Assembly: GCA_964646585.1 (NCBI GenBank)
Contig: CAZYEY010000265.1
Coordinates: forward strand, 1 to 57,505
Reading direction: 5' to 3'
Source: an uncultured Thiobacillus sp.
Lineage (GTDB): Bacteria > Pseudomonadota > Gammaproteobacteria > Burkholderiales > Thiobacillaceae
DNA length: 57,505 nt
The notes under the pieces are model-generated. The model saw only the letters and a list, made by a program, of their open reading frames with translations, did not search any database and was not told the DNA's origin. Positions within the stretch are counted from its first letter, which is position 1. Each line of letters starts with the position of its first letter. Position numbers and translations under genes: made by a program. Below, in pieces: positions 36,670 to 46,691 of the stretch.

Positions 36670-38037
36670 TCAGCCCTTGACGGTGTAATTGAAGTTCTCG
36701 GGCAAGCCCAGGGTGTCGGCCCAGACGTTCTTCGCCCAGGCTTCCATGTAAGCGAATTCCAGCTCGCTCTCTTCCTTGGACACGCCGCCGCCCTTCTGGG
36801 CAACCATGGAAGCGGGGATGATCTTGCCGTCGTCGCCCTTCTTCTCGGCCTGATAGCGGAACACCGTGGCCACGTGGAAGGCGGTGCCCATGCCGGTGGC
36901 CGAGTAGCAGGTGTTGGTGACCACCGGCGCGGCATCGGGGTCGCGACCGTTGAACATCTCCACGATGGCGGAAGCAGCCATCTTGGCGGTGTTGTTGGCC
37001 ACGGAGCCGGACTTCGGGAAGTTGGTCAGGGTGGAATCGCCCAGGACGTGGACGTTCTTGACGTGCAGGGACTCGAAGGAGCGGTAGTCGATGGCGCACC
37101 ACGGTCCATCCTTACCGTCCAGGCCCTTGCGCACGCCCGCCATGCCGCAAATGGCGGCGGCCTGCATGGGCGGCACCACGTTGATCACATCCGCCTTCAC
37201 GTCGTCGAACTCGGTGCCCACTATCATTTTCTTGGGATCGACGGAGCGAGGCATGTTGTTGGGCCGATAGTCGATCATGCTGTTGTCGGTCTTGTAGCCG
37301 AAGTGCTTCTTCCAAGCGGCCTCGAACAGACCCTTCTTGGAAGCGATGTCCGGGTTGCCGTCCAGGATGATGATCTTGGACTTGGGCTTGGCCTTCTTGA
37401 AGTAACTGGCCACGGTACAGGCCCGCTCGTAGGGTCCGGGGGGGCAACGGTAGGGAGCCATGGGCACGGACATGACGAAGGTGCCGCCATCGGGCATGGC
37501 TTCCAATTGCTTGCGCAGGACACCGGTCTGGTCCGGTCCGGCTTTCCAGGCGTGCTTGATGGTCTTCTGGGCCTCTGCATCGTAGCCCTGGACCTTGTCG
37601 AACAAGAGCTCGATGCCCCCGGCCAGCACCAGGCGGTCATAGGAGAAGGTCTTGCCGCCGGCGGTCTTCACCGTGCGGCCGGCGGTGTCGATGCCGGTGA
37701 CGGTATCCTGGACCCAGGCATCCACCACCTTCTTGACATTGTCGTAGCCGAAGCTGATGTCTTCCAGGTTGTTGATGCCGGCCAGCACCGTGTTGGAGAA
37801 CGGGCAGGAGATGAACTTGTCATTGGGTTCGATGACGGTCACCTCGATCTTGGGTTCCCACATTTTCAGGTAGCGGGCGCAGGTGGAACCACCGTAGCCG
37901 GCACCGACGATGACCACCTTGTACCGAGCGTTGGACGTGGCAGGGGTTGCACTGGCGCAGCCAGCCAGCGTGCCCAGGGAGGCCACGCCGGCGGCGCCGG
38001 CGGTGACTTTCAGGAATTCGCGGCGATCAAATGCCAT
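36670..38037 (-). CDS. fccB: flavocytochrome c sulfide dehydrogenase, flavoprotein subunit
   Basis: Tat signal MAFDRREFLKVTAGAAG. FAD fold YKVVIVGAGYGGSTCARYL. Full-length FccB/SoxF-type sequence. Confidence 0.85.
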   Translation of the reverse strand: MAFDRREFLKVTAGAAGVASLGTLAGCASATPATSNARYKVVIVGAGYGGSTCARYLKMWEPKIEVTVIEPNDKFISCPFSNTVLAGINNLEDISFGYDNVKKVVDAWVQDTVTGIDTAGRTVKTAGGKTFSYDRLVLAGGIELLFDKVQGYDAEAQKTIKHAWKAGPDQTGVLRKQLEAMPDGGTFVMSVPMAPYRCPPGPYERACTVASYFKKAKPKSKIIILDGNPDIASKKGLFEAAWKKHFGYKTDNSMIDYRPNNMPRSVDPKKMIVGTEFDDVKADVINVVPPMQAAAICGMAGVRKGLDGKDGPWCAIDYRSFESLHVKNVHVLGDSTLTNFPKSGSVANNTAKMAASAIVEMFNGRDPDAAPVVTNTCYSATGMGTAFHVATVFRYQAEKKGDDGKIIPASMVAQKGGGVSKEESELEFAYMEAWAKNVWADTLGLPENFNYTVKG

Positions 38038-38058
38038 GTTGTTTTCTCCTCGTCTTGA

Positions 38059-38361
38059 TTACTTGATGGCGGCGAACCAGGCACCCAGCGCCTCGTACTC
38101 GGCGTCGGTGTACCCCATGGCGTGCTTCTGCATGACGGTGCCCGGGCGGGTGCCGTCGCGGAAGGCTTTCATCTGCTCGACGAAGTAGCCCTTCTCCAGG
38201 CCGGCCAGGCTGGGAATGGCGCCCCGGCTCTTGCCGTCGGGACCGTGGCAGTAGGCGCAGTTCGCAGCCATAAAACGGGCACGGGTATCAACCGCCTGGG
38301 CCGAGGTGGCCGCGCCCAGAACACCCGCGACGAGCAGGGCGAAGGCAAGGGTTTTCTTCAT
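38059..38361 (-). CDS. fccA: cytochrome c subunit of sulfide dehydrogenase (mono-haem)
   Basis: Signal peptide plus a single CAYCH motif. 21 nt upstream of fccB on the same strand. Confidence 0.75.
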   Translation of the reverse strand: MKKTLAFALLVAGVLGAATSAQAVDTRARFMAANCAYCHGPDGKSRGAIPSLAGLEKGYFVEQMKAFRDGTRPGTVMQKHAMGYTDAEYEALGAWFAAIK

Positions 38362-38453
38362 GAGCTCCTCCAGTTAAACGAGAAAAGGCGGTTGCCCGCC
38401 TACCAATCTGAACGCCACCGGAACCCGCAACCGCGAAACTCGCGCCTGATTTC

Positions 38454-38467
38454 TTGACTCAGGTCAA
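38454..38467 (-). promoter_or_regulatory. FNR/CRP-family-type palindrome TTGAC-N4-GTCAA upstream of fccAB
   Basis: Perfect inverted repeat ttgac tcag gtcaa, centred about 99 nt upstream of the fccA ATG. It fits the TTGA-N6-TCAA core of FNR/FixK/Dnr-type sites. I could not identify a convincing -10 element. Confidence 0.4.
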
Positions 38468-38546
38468 CGCTGGCATCGCCTAGGATGTTTGCATGGCGGT
38501 TTTGTACCAGTCAACAAGCAAACTCTAATATTGGCGCGCTTTCCGG

Positions 38547-39653
38547 TCAGTTTTTCGCCCCCAGGGCGCGTGCCCGCTGGAGTCGGCCTTCCAGGTCCTC
38601 GTCCTGGGCGGCCTGCTCGGCGGTCTGCCCTACCCACCCCGTCAGTTCCGCCTGGGCCAGATCGGCCAGGGTCGCGATCCAGGTGGGCCGGTCGTTGAGG
38701 GCGGGAATGTAGCGGAACTCACTGCCACCGGCGTTGAGAAAGCTGGCCTTGCCCTCCAAGGCGATCTCCTCCAGGGTTTCCAGGCAGTCGGCGACGAAGC
38801 CGGGGCAGACGATGTCCACCCGGCGGGTCTTCTGCCGGCCGAGTTCCTCCAGCGTCCTGTCGGTGTAAGGCTGGAGCCATTCGGCGCGGCCGAATCGGGA
38901 CTGGAAGGTGATCCGGTACTGGCTGGCGGCCAGCCCCAGGCTCTCGGCCAGCAGGCGGCCCGTCTTGTGGCACTCGCAATGGTAAGGGTCGCCCAGATCC
39001 AGGGAGCGGCGCGGCACGCCATGGAAACTCATGACCAGAACCTCCGGCCTGCCGTGCTCCGCCCAATGGGCCTCGATGCTCTGTCGCAGGGCGGCGATGT
39101 AGCCCGGATGGTCGTGAAAATGGCGCACGGCCCGGACATCGGGCGGATTGCGGGTGTGGATCAGTGCCCGCCAGACCGCATCCAGGGCGGAGCCGCTGCT
39201 GCTGGCAGCGTACTGGGGATAGAGGGGCAGCACCAGCAGCCGGTCCACGCCCTGGGCCTTCATGGCCTGGATCTTCTCTGCCACCGAGGGTTTGCCGTAA
39301 CGCATGGCGTATTCCACCAGGGGCGGGGTGGTCAGGCGTCGGCCCAGTTCCTCGGCGAGAAGCCGGCTTTGGCGTTCCGTGAAGTACTTCAAGGGCGAGC
39401 CCTCGGGACGCCAGATGGAGGCGTATTTCTCCGCCGACTTGCCGGGCCGGGTGTTGAGAATGATGCCGTTGAGAATCAGCCACCAGATGGGGCGGGGGAT
39501 CTCCACCACGCGCCGGTCCCAGAGGAATTCCTTGAGGTACGGCCGCAGGGCCTGGGCCGTGGGCGCATCCGGGGTGCCCAGGTTGATGAGCAGGACACCC
39601 ACCCGGGACGGCTGGTCGTGGCGGAAGGGCGGTTCAGGAAAATAGAACGTCAT
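38547..39653 (-). CDS. hemH: ferrochelatase
   Basis: 368-aa ORF with [15 protein letters not shown]...[16 protein letters not shown] and ...[14 protein letters not shown], a full-length HemH. Confidence 0.95.
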   Translation of the reverse strand: MTFYFPEPPFRHDQPSRVGVLLINLGTPDAPTAQALRPYLKEFLWDRRVVEIPRPIWWLILNGIILNTRPGKSAEKYASIWRPEGSPLKYFTERQSRLLAEELGRRLTTPPLVEYAMRYGKPSVAEKIQAMKAQGVDRLLVLPLYPQYAASSSGSALDAVWRALIHTRNPPDVRAVRHFHDHPGYIAALRQSIEAHWAEHGRPEVLVMSFHGVPRRSLDLGDPYHCECHKTGRLLAESLGLAASQYRITFQSRFGRAEWLQPYTDRTLEELGRQKTRRVDIVCPGFVADCLETLEEIALEGKASFLNAGGSEFRYIPALNDRPTWIATLADLAQAELTGWVGQTAEQAAQDEDLEGRLQRARALGAKN

Positions 39654-39689
39654 GGGCGGCCCGATTTGGGATGGGAGGAAAGGCGCCGC

Positions 39690-40724
39690 TCAATGATAGG
39701 AGAGGGCATTGGACAAGAGTCGCGCGGTGATGTCGACGATGGGGATGACACGCTCGTAGGCCATGCGGGTGGGGCCGATGACCCCCAGGGTGCCCACCAC
39801 CTCGCCGTCGGCCTCATAGGGGGCGGCGATGACGCTGCACTCGTCCAGGGGAGCGACCCCGGATTCGGCGCCGATGAAGAGCTGGATGCCGCTGGCAGTG
39901 TTGCTCACGTCCAGGAGCTGCATGAGCTCGGTGCGCTGCTCGAAAAGACCGAACAATTCCCGCAGCCGGGCCATGTTGGCGGACAACTCCGGCGCACCCA
40001 GCAGGTTGCGCTCCCCAGAGAGCACATACTCCTTGCCGGCGCCGCTGAAGGCATCGGCGCCCGCCGCCACCACCAGCTCCATGAGCTGGCTGATGTCGGA
40101 CTTGAGGGCAGCCAGTTCCTCCGCCAGGCGGGGCTGGACCTGCTCGAAGGACAACCCGGCGAAATGGGCGTTGAAGTAGTTGGCGGCCCGAGTCAGCTGG
40201 GCCGGCTCGTAGGGCCGGTCGGTAAGGATGACCCGGTTCTGCACCTCACCCTCGGCGGTGACCATGATCAGCAGGATGCGCTTGTCCGAGAGACTCAGGA
40301 ATTCGATCTGGCGCAGGCCCAGGTTGCGCCGCTTGGGGATCAGCACGACGCCGGCATAGGTGGTGAGCTCGGCCAGCAGGTGGGAGGCGGCGCTGACCAG
40401 GCGCTGGGGATCGTCCGGCGCCAGGGTGGTCTCGATCTGCCGCACCTCGCCCTGGGCCAGGGGCTTCACGGTCAGCAGGGTGTCCACGAACAAGCGGTAG
40501 CCCCGGGGCGTGGGGACGCGGCCGGCGGAGGTGTGGGGGCTGGCGATGTAGCCGCCCTCCTCCAGATCGGCCATGATGTTGCGGATGGAGGCCGGCGACA
40601 GGTTCAGGTCGGAGTGTTTGGACAGTGTCCGGGATCCCACCGGCTGGCCATCCTCGATATAACGCTCCACCAGAAACTTCAGCAGCAGCCTGGCACGGTC
40701 GTTGAGGACGGCGGACTTGGACAT
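39690..40724 (-). CDS. hrcA: heat-inducible transcriptional repressor HrcA
   Basis: 344-aa ORF with an N-terminal winged-helix region ([27 protein letters not shown]) and a typical HrcA C-terminal domain. Confidence 0.93.
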   Translation of the reverse strand: MSKSAVLNDRARLLLKFLVERYIEDGQPVGSRTLSKHSDLNLSPASIRNIMADLEEGGYIASPHTSAGRVPTPRGYRLFVDTLLTVKPLAQGEVRQIETTLAPDDPQRLVSAASHLLAELTTYAGVVLIPKRRNLGLRQIEFLSLSDKRILLIMVTAEGEVQNRVILTDRPYEPAQLTRAANYFNAHFAGLSFEQVQPRLAEELAALKSDISQLMELVVAAGADAFSGAGKEYVLSGERNLLGAPELSANMARLRELFGLFEQRTELMQLLDVSNTASGIQLFIGAESGVAPLDECSVIAAPYEADGEVVGTLGVIGPTRMAYERVIPIVDITARLLSNALSYH

Positions 40725-40773
40725 TGAAGCGGCGGAAACGGGCTCGAGGACGGGATGGCTATAATTTCACGCC

Positions 40774-41646
40774 ATGAAAGCCGATTTCAAGACCATCGCC
40801 TTGGTGGGCAAGTTCAACACCCCCGCCTGCACCGGCTCCCTGTTGCGCCTGGCAGACTTTCTGGGCAAACGCGGCCATGCGGTCATGCTCACCGCCCATA
40901 CCGCCGACTCCTGCGACATCCGCGAGTATCCGGTGGCCCCCCTGAAAGAGATCGGCGGCCAAGTAGACCTGGCCATCGTCATGGGCGGCGACGGCACCCT
41001 GCTCAACATCGCCCGCTCCCTGGTGGACAGCGGCACGCCCCTCATCGGCGTCAACCAGGGACGCCTGGGCTTCCTGGCCGACGTATCCATCGACACCATG
41101 TTCTCCACCCTGGAAGAGATGCTCGCCGGTCAGTACGTGGCCGAGGACCGCATCATGCTGGAGGCCAGTGTGGAGCGGCACGAGGATGTACTCATCGCCT
41201 CCTACGCCTTCAACGACGTGGTGGTGAGCAAAAGCACCATGGGCCGGCTCATCGAGTTCGAGGTCTACATCGACAACCAATTCGTCTACAGCCAGCGGGC
41301 CGACGGCCTGGTGGTGGCTTCCCCCACCGGCTCCACGGCCTACGCCCTGTCCTCCGGCGGCCCCATCCTGCACCCCACCCTGGAAGCAGTGGTCATGGTG
41401 CCCATCTGCCCCCATACCCTCTCAGCCCGGCCCATCGCCGTGAACAGCCACTCCGAGATCGAGATCAACCTCATCCACGCCAGCGACGCCCGGGTCCATT
41501 TCGATGGCCAGCTCCACTCGGACCTGGTGGTGGGCGACCGGGTGGTCATCCGGCGGGCCAGGAATGCCGTGCGCCTGCTGCATCCGGAAGGCCACAACTA
41601 CTACGACACCCTCAGGCAGAAGCTGCACTGGGGGGAAAAGCTTTGA
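40774..41646 (+). CDS. nadK: NAD(+) kinase
   Basis: 290-aa ORF with the GGDGTLL motif and the NDVVV...ADGLVVASPTGSTAYALSSGGPI block. Confidence 0.95.
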   Translation: MKADFKTIALVGKFNTPACTGSLLRLADFLGKRGHAVMLTAHTADSCDIREYPVAPLKEIGGQVDLAIVMGGDGTLLNIARSLVDSGTPLIGVNQGRLGFLADVSIDTMFSTLEEMLAGQYVAEDRIMLEASVERHEDVLIASYAFNDVVVSKSTMGRLIEFEVYIDNQFVYSQRADGLVVASPTGSTAYALSSGGPILHPTLEAVVMVPICPHTLSARPIAVNSHSEIEINLIHASDARVHFDGQLHSDLVVGDRVVIRRARNAVRLLHPEGHNYYDTLRQKLHWGEKL

Positions 41647-41674
41647 ATTCCGCCGCAGCTTCCTCCCGACTGCC

Positions 41675-43333
41675 ATGCTGCTGAGCATTTCCATCGCCGA
41701 CTTCGGCCTGGTGGAACGCCTGGATCTGGAGTTCCGTCCAGGCTTTTCCGTGCTGACCGGCGAGACCGGCGCCGGCAAGTCCATCCTCCTGGGCGCCCTG
41801 GCACTGGTGCTGGGAGAACGGGCCGACCCTGGCGTGGTGCGGGAAGGCGCGGCGCGGGCCGAGGTGACCGCCGAGTTCGCCGCCGACCCGGTGCCCGGCC
41901 TGAACGCCTGGCTGGCAGATCACGACCTGGCCGGCGACGACGGCATCCTGCTGCTGCGCCGGGTAGTGGAAGCCGGCGGCCGTTCCCGGGCCTTCGTCAA
42001 CGGCCGGCCAGCCACGGCCCAGCAACTCAAGGAAGCAGGCGAGTTCCTGGTGGACATCCACGGCCAACATGCCCACTACTCCCTGCTCAAGGCCACCGAG
42101 CAGCGCCGCCTGCTGGACGAATACGCCGGCTGCGCCGACCTCGCCGCCGCCACGGCGGAACGGCACCGGGCCTGGCGCGCTGCCAGCGCCCGCCGGAATG
42201 CCGCCCAGCGCCAGGCCGGCGAACTGGATGCCGAGCGGGAAAGCCTGGCCTGGAAAGAGCGGGAACTGGCCGCCCTGGCCTTCACCCCCGAGGGCTGGCA
42301 GACCCTGCAGGAGGACCACCGCCGCCTGGCCCATGCCGCCGACCTGTTAGCCGGCGCCCGGGCGGCCGGCGAGGCATTGGACGGCGACGAGGCCGGTCTG
42401 CTGGACCGGCTGCGGGCCCTGCGTCACCGGCTCGCCGATCTGGCGGTCATCGATCCCGCCCTGGCCGCCCCCCTGGCCCTGCTGGAGAGCGCTGGAGAGT
42501 CCCTGCACGAGGCCGAACGGGAACTGGCCCGCTATGCCGAGCGGGTGGACCTGGACCCGGAAGCCCTGAATGACGCCGAGCAGCGCCTGGCCGCGATCCA
42601 GGCCGCCGCCCGCAAGTTCCGCCTCAAGCCCGAGGAGATTCCCGAGCACCTGGCTGCCACCCGCGCCCGCCTGGCCCAACTGGGCAGTGACGCCGATCCG
42701 GAAGCTCTGGCCCGGGCCGAGGCGGAAGCCGAGGCGGCCTACCACAAGGAAGCCCAGGCCCTCTCCCGGCAGCGCCGCAAAGCTGCCGCGAAACTCGCCA
42801 AGGCCGTCACCGGCGCCATGCAGCAGCTCGCCATGCAGGGCGGCCGATTCGAAGTGGCATTCCCCCCCGTCGGGGAGCCCGCCGCCCACGGCCTGGAGGA
42901 AGTGGAATTCCAGGTGGCCCCCCACGCAGGCCAGGGCATGAAACCCCTGGCGAAGACCGCTTCCGGAGGCGAACTGTCCCGGGTGGGCCTGGCCCTGCAA
43001 ACCGTGTTGTCGGGTGTTTCCGGCGCTGCCACCCTGATCTTTGACGAAGTGGACGCGGGCATCGGCGGCGGTGTCGCGGAGATCGTTGGTCGTCTTCTGG
43101 CGGATCTGGGCAATTCCCGGCAGGTGCTGTGCGTCACCCACCTGCCCCAGGTGGCGGCCCGGGCCACCGGCCACTACCGGGTCAGCAAGGCCAGCCGGAA
43201 CGGCCGGGCGGTGTCGGATGTGGCCTTGCTGGACGCCGAGGACCGGGTGGCGGAGTTGGCCCGCATGCTCGGCGGCGTCACCATCACCGAGGCCACCCGG
43301 GCCCACGCGGCGGAGATGCTGGGAGGGGCCTGA
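41675..43333 (+). CDS. recN: DNA repair protein RecN
   Basis: ORF trimmed to the ATG at 41675 (MLLSISIADFGLVERLDLEFRPGFSVLTGETGAGKSILLGAL). Long coiled coil and a C-terminal signature (SGGELSRV...LIFDEVDAGIGG). Confidence 0.94.
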   Translation: MLLSISIADFGLVERLDLEFRPGFSVLTGETGAGKSILLGALALVLGERADPGVVREGAARAEVTAEFAADPVPGLNAWLADHDLAGDDGILLLRRVVEAGGRSRAFVNGRPATAQQLKEAGEFLVDIHGQHAHYSLLKATEQRRLLDEYAGCADLAAATAERHRAWRAASARRNAAQRQAGELDAERESLAWKERELAALAFTPEGWQTLQEDHRRLAHAADLLAGARAAGEALDGDEAGLLDRLRALRHRLADLAVIDPALAAPLALLESAGESLHEAERELARYAERVDLDPEALNDAEQRLAAIQAAARKFRLKPEEIPEHLAATRARLAQLGSDADPEALARAEAEAEAAYHKEAQALSRQRRKAAAKLAKAVTGAMQQLAMQGGRFEVAFPPVGEPAAHGLEEVEFQVAPHAGQGMKPLAKTASGGELSRVGLALQTVLSGVSGAATLIFDEVDAGIGGGVAEIVGRLLADLGNSRQVLCVTHLPQVAARATGHYRVSKASRNGRAVSDVALLDAEDRVAELARMLGGVTITEATRAHAAEMLGGA

Positions 43334-43765
43334 TCAGCCCTTGGCGCGATGGGGGCAGTGCTCCTTCACGCACTCCACATACAGATGGAGCGCGTGCTCG
43401 GCCAGCTTGAAGCCCCGCTCGGCGGCGACCGCATGCTGGCGCTGTTCGATTTCCGGGTCATAGAACTCCTCCACCTTGCCGCATTGGAGGCAGAGCAGGT
43501 GGTCGTGATGGCCGCCCCGGTTGAGCTCATACACCGCCTTGTCGTTATCGAAATGATGGCGGATTAGGAGACCGGCATGCTCGAACTGGGTCAGCACCCG
43601 GTAGACCGTGGCCAGGCCCACGTCGATGTGGTCGGCGATGAGCAGCCGGTAGACATCCTCGGCGGTGAGGTGGCGGCGTTCGGTCTGCTCGAACAGATTC
43701 AGGATCTTGAGCCGGGGGCCGGTGACCTTGAGACCCATGGTCTTGAGTTGATCGGTGTGGGCCAT
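43334..43765 (-). CDS. fur: ferric uptake regulator Fur
   Basis: [25 protein letters not shown]...[17 protein letters not shown]...[13 protein letters not shown] aligns with E. coli Fur. An alternative ATG at 43798, with a better SD, would add 11 aa. Confidence 0.92.
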   Translation of the reverse strand: MAHTDQLKTMGLKVTGPRLKILNLFEQTERRHLTAEDVYRLLIADHIDVGLATVYRVLTQFEHAGLLIRHHFDNDKAVYELNRGGHHDHLLCLQCGKVEEFYDPEIEQRQHAVAAERGFKLAEHALHLYVECVKEHCPHRAKG

Positions 43766-43837
43766 CGCTATGTGGGGGGGTGAAGTTGCAGCTATCATAG
43801 CGCGGCTTCCGACTGCGCAGGCTCACTGCTTCCCTCC

Positions 43838-45494
<1,657 letters not shown>

Positions 45495-46691
45495 TCGGCT
45501 ACGGCTGCTCCTGGGCGTCTTCTGCGTCATGGCTGCGAGCGGGGCCCATGCGCAGGAATTGGGTGACGGGCTGCAAGCCCACGGCTTCGCCGCCCAGAGT
45601 GTCGTCAAAACCAGCGCCAACAGGGTGGGCGGCGACAGTGAGGATGGCCTGGGCTGGGATTTGCGGGAAATGGGCGCCAACCTGTCCTGGCGGCCCGCCC
45701 CGGATTGGCTGCTCTCGGGCCAGGCCCTGGCCAGGTGGGCGGGCGAATCCGACAGCGGCAGGCTGCGGCTGGATTACGGCTTCATCGACCACACCTTGGT
45801 GGCGGATGGCACGACCCAGGTGGGCATGCGCCTGGGCAAGATCAAGAACCCTTACGGCTTCCACAACACCACGCGGGATGTGGCCCATACCCGGCCCGGC
45901 ATCGTCATGCCCCAGTCCATCTACCAGGATCAGATCCGGGATTTTTTCCTGGCGGCGCCTGGCGTTGCCTTATACGGCAACCATGAAGGCAGCCAGGGAA
46001 ACCTTTCCTGGCAGATCAGCGGACTGCGACCGGAAGTGGACAACGTGGAACTCGAAAACGTGTTCTTTTTCGGACCGGTTCCCGGCAATTTCGTCAGCAA
46101 GGACTCTTGGCTCGGGCAAGTGATGTTCGATGCCGGCGGCCGCTGGCGGCTTGGGCTGTCCATGGGAAAGATCAACATGGCCTTCCCCGCCCTGGGCGGC
46201 CATCATAGCCTCCCCACCTGGGTGCTCTCCGTGGAGCACAACAGTGAAGCATGGTCCTTCATGGCAGAGTATGGCGAAACCACCGTGAAAGACAGGAACT
46301 ACCCCCTGGGTTCCACGGACAACACCACCCAGGCCTGGTATGTCCAGGCCACCCGCCGCCTGGGCAACGGCTGGCAAGGCTATCTCCGCTACGACGTCCT
46401 CTACTACGACAAGGAGGACAAGGACGGCACCAACTTCGCCGCCGATCCATTGGCCGCTCTACTGGGCTTGCCCGCCCATAACCGTTTTGCCAGGGATTGG
46501 GTGGTGGGATTGCGCAGGGACATCGGCGCCTGGACCGTGTCTGGCGAATTGCATCGCGTGGACGGAACCGCCTGGCTGTCTCTACAGGACAACCCGGTGC
46601 CTGGCGCCATGGCCCGGCGCTGGAACATGCTCTTGCTCCAGGCGGCCTGGCGGTTCTGATCCACTGTCGCTCAAACGATCGGCGAGCCCCC

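Noticed and set aside
38454-38493. Plus-strand sigma-70-like promoter: TTGACT followed by TAGGAT.
   Set aside because: The spacer is about 21 nt, which is too long. There is also no plus-strand gene downstream, because hemH is on the minus strand. The TTGAC is better explained as half of the palindrome.
40725-40773. CIRCE operator (TTAGCACTC-N9-GAGTGCTAA) expected near hrcA.
   Set aside because: No such inverted repeat is present in the hrcA/nadK spacer. CIRCE is probably at groESL/dnaK elsewhere in the genome.
43766-43837. Fur box in the fur/bamE divergent spacer (autoregulation).
   Set aside because: Only a short atcat fragment is present, with no 19-bp GATAATGATAATCATTATC-like palindrome.
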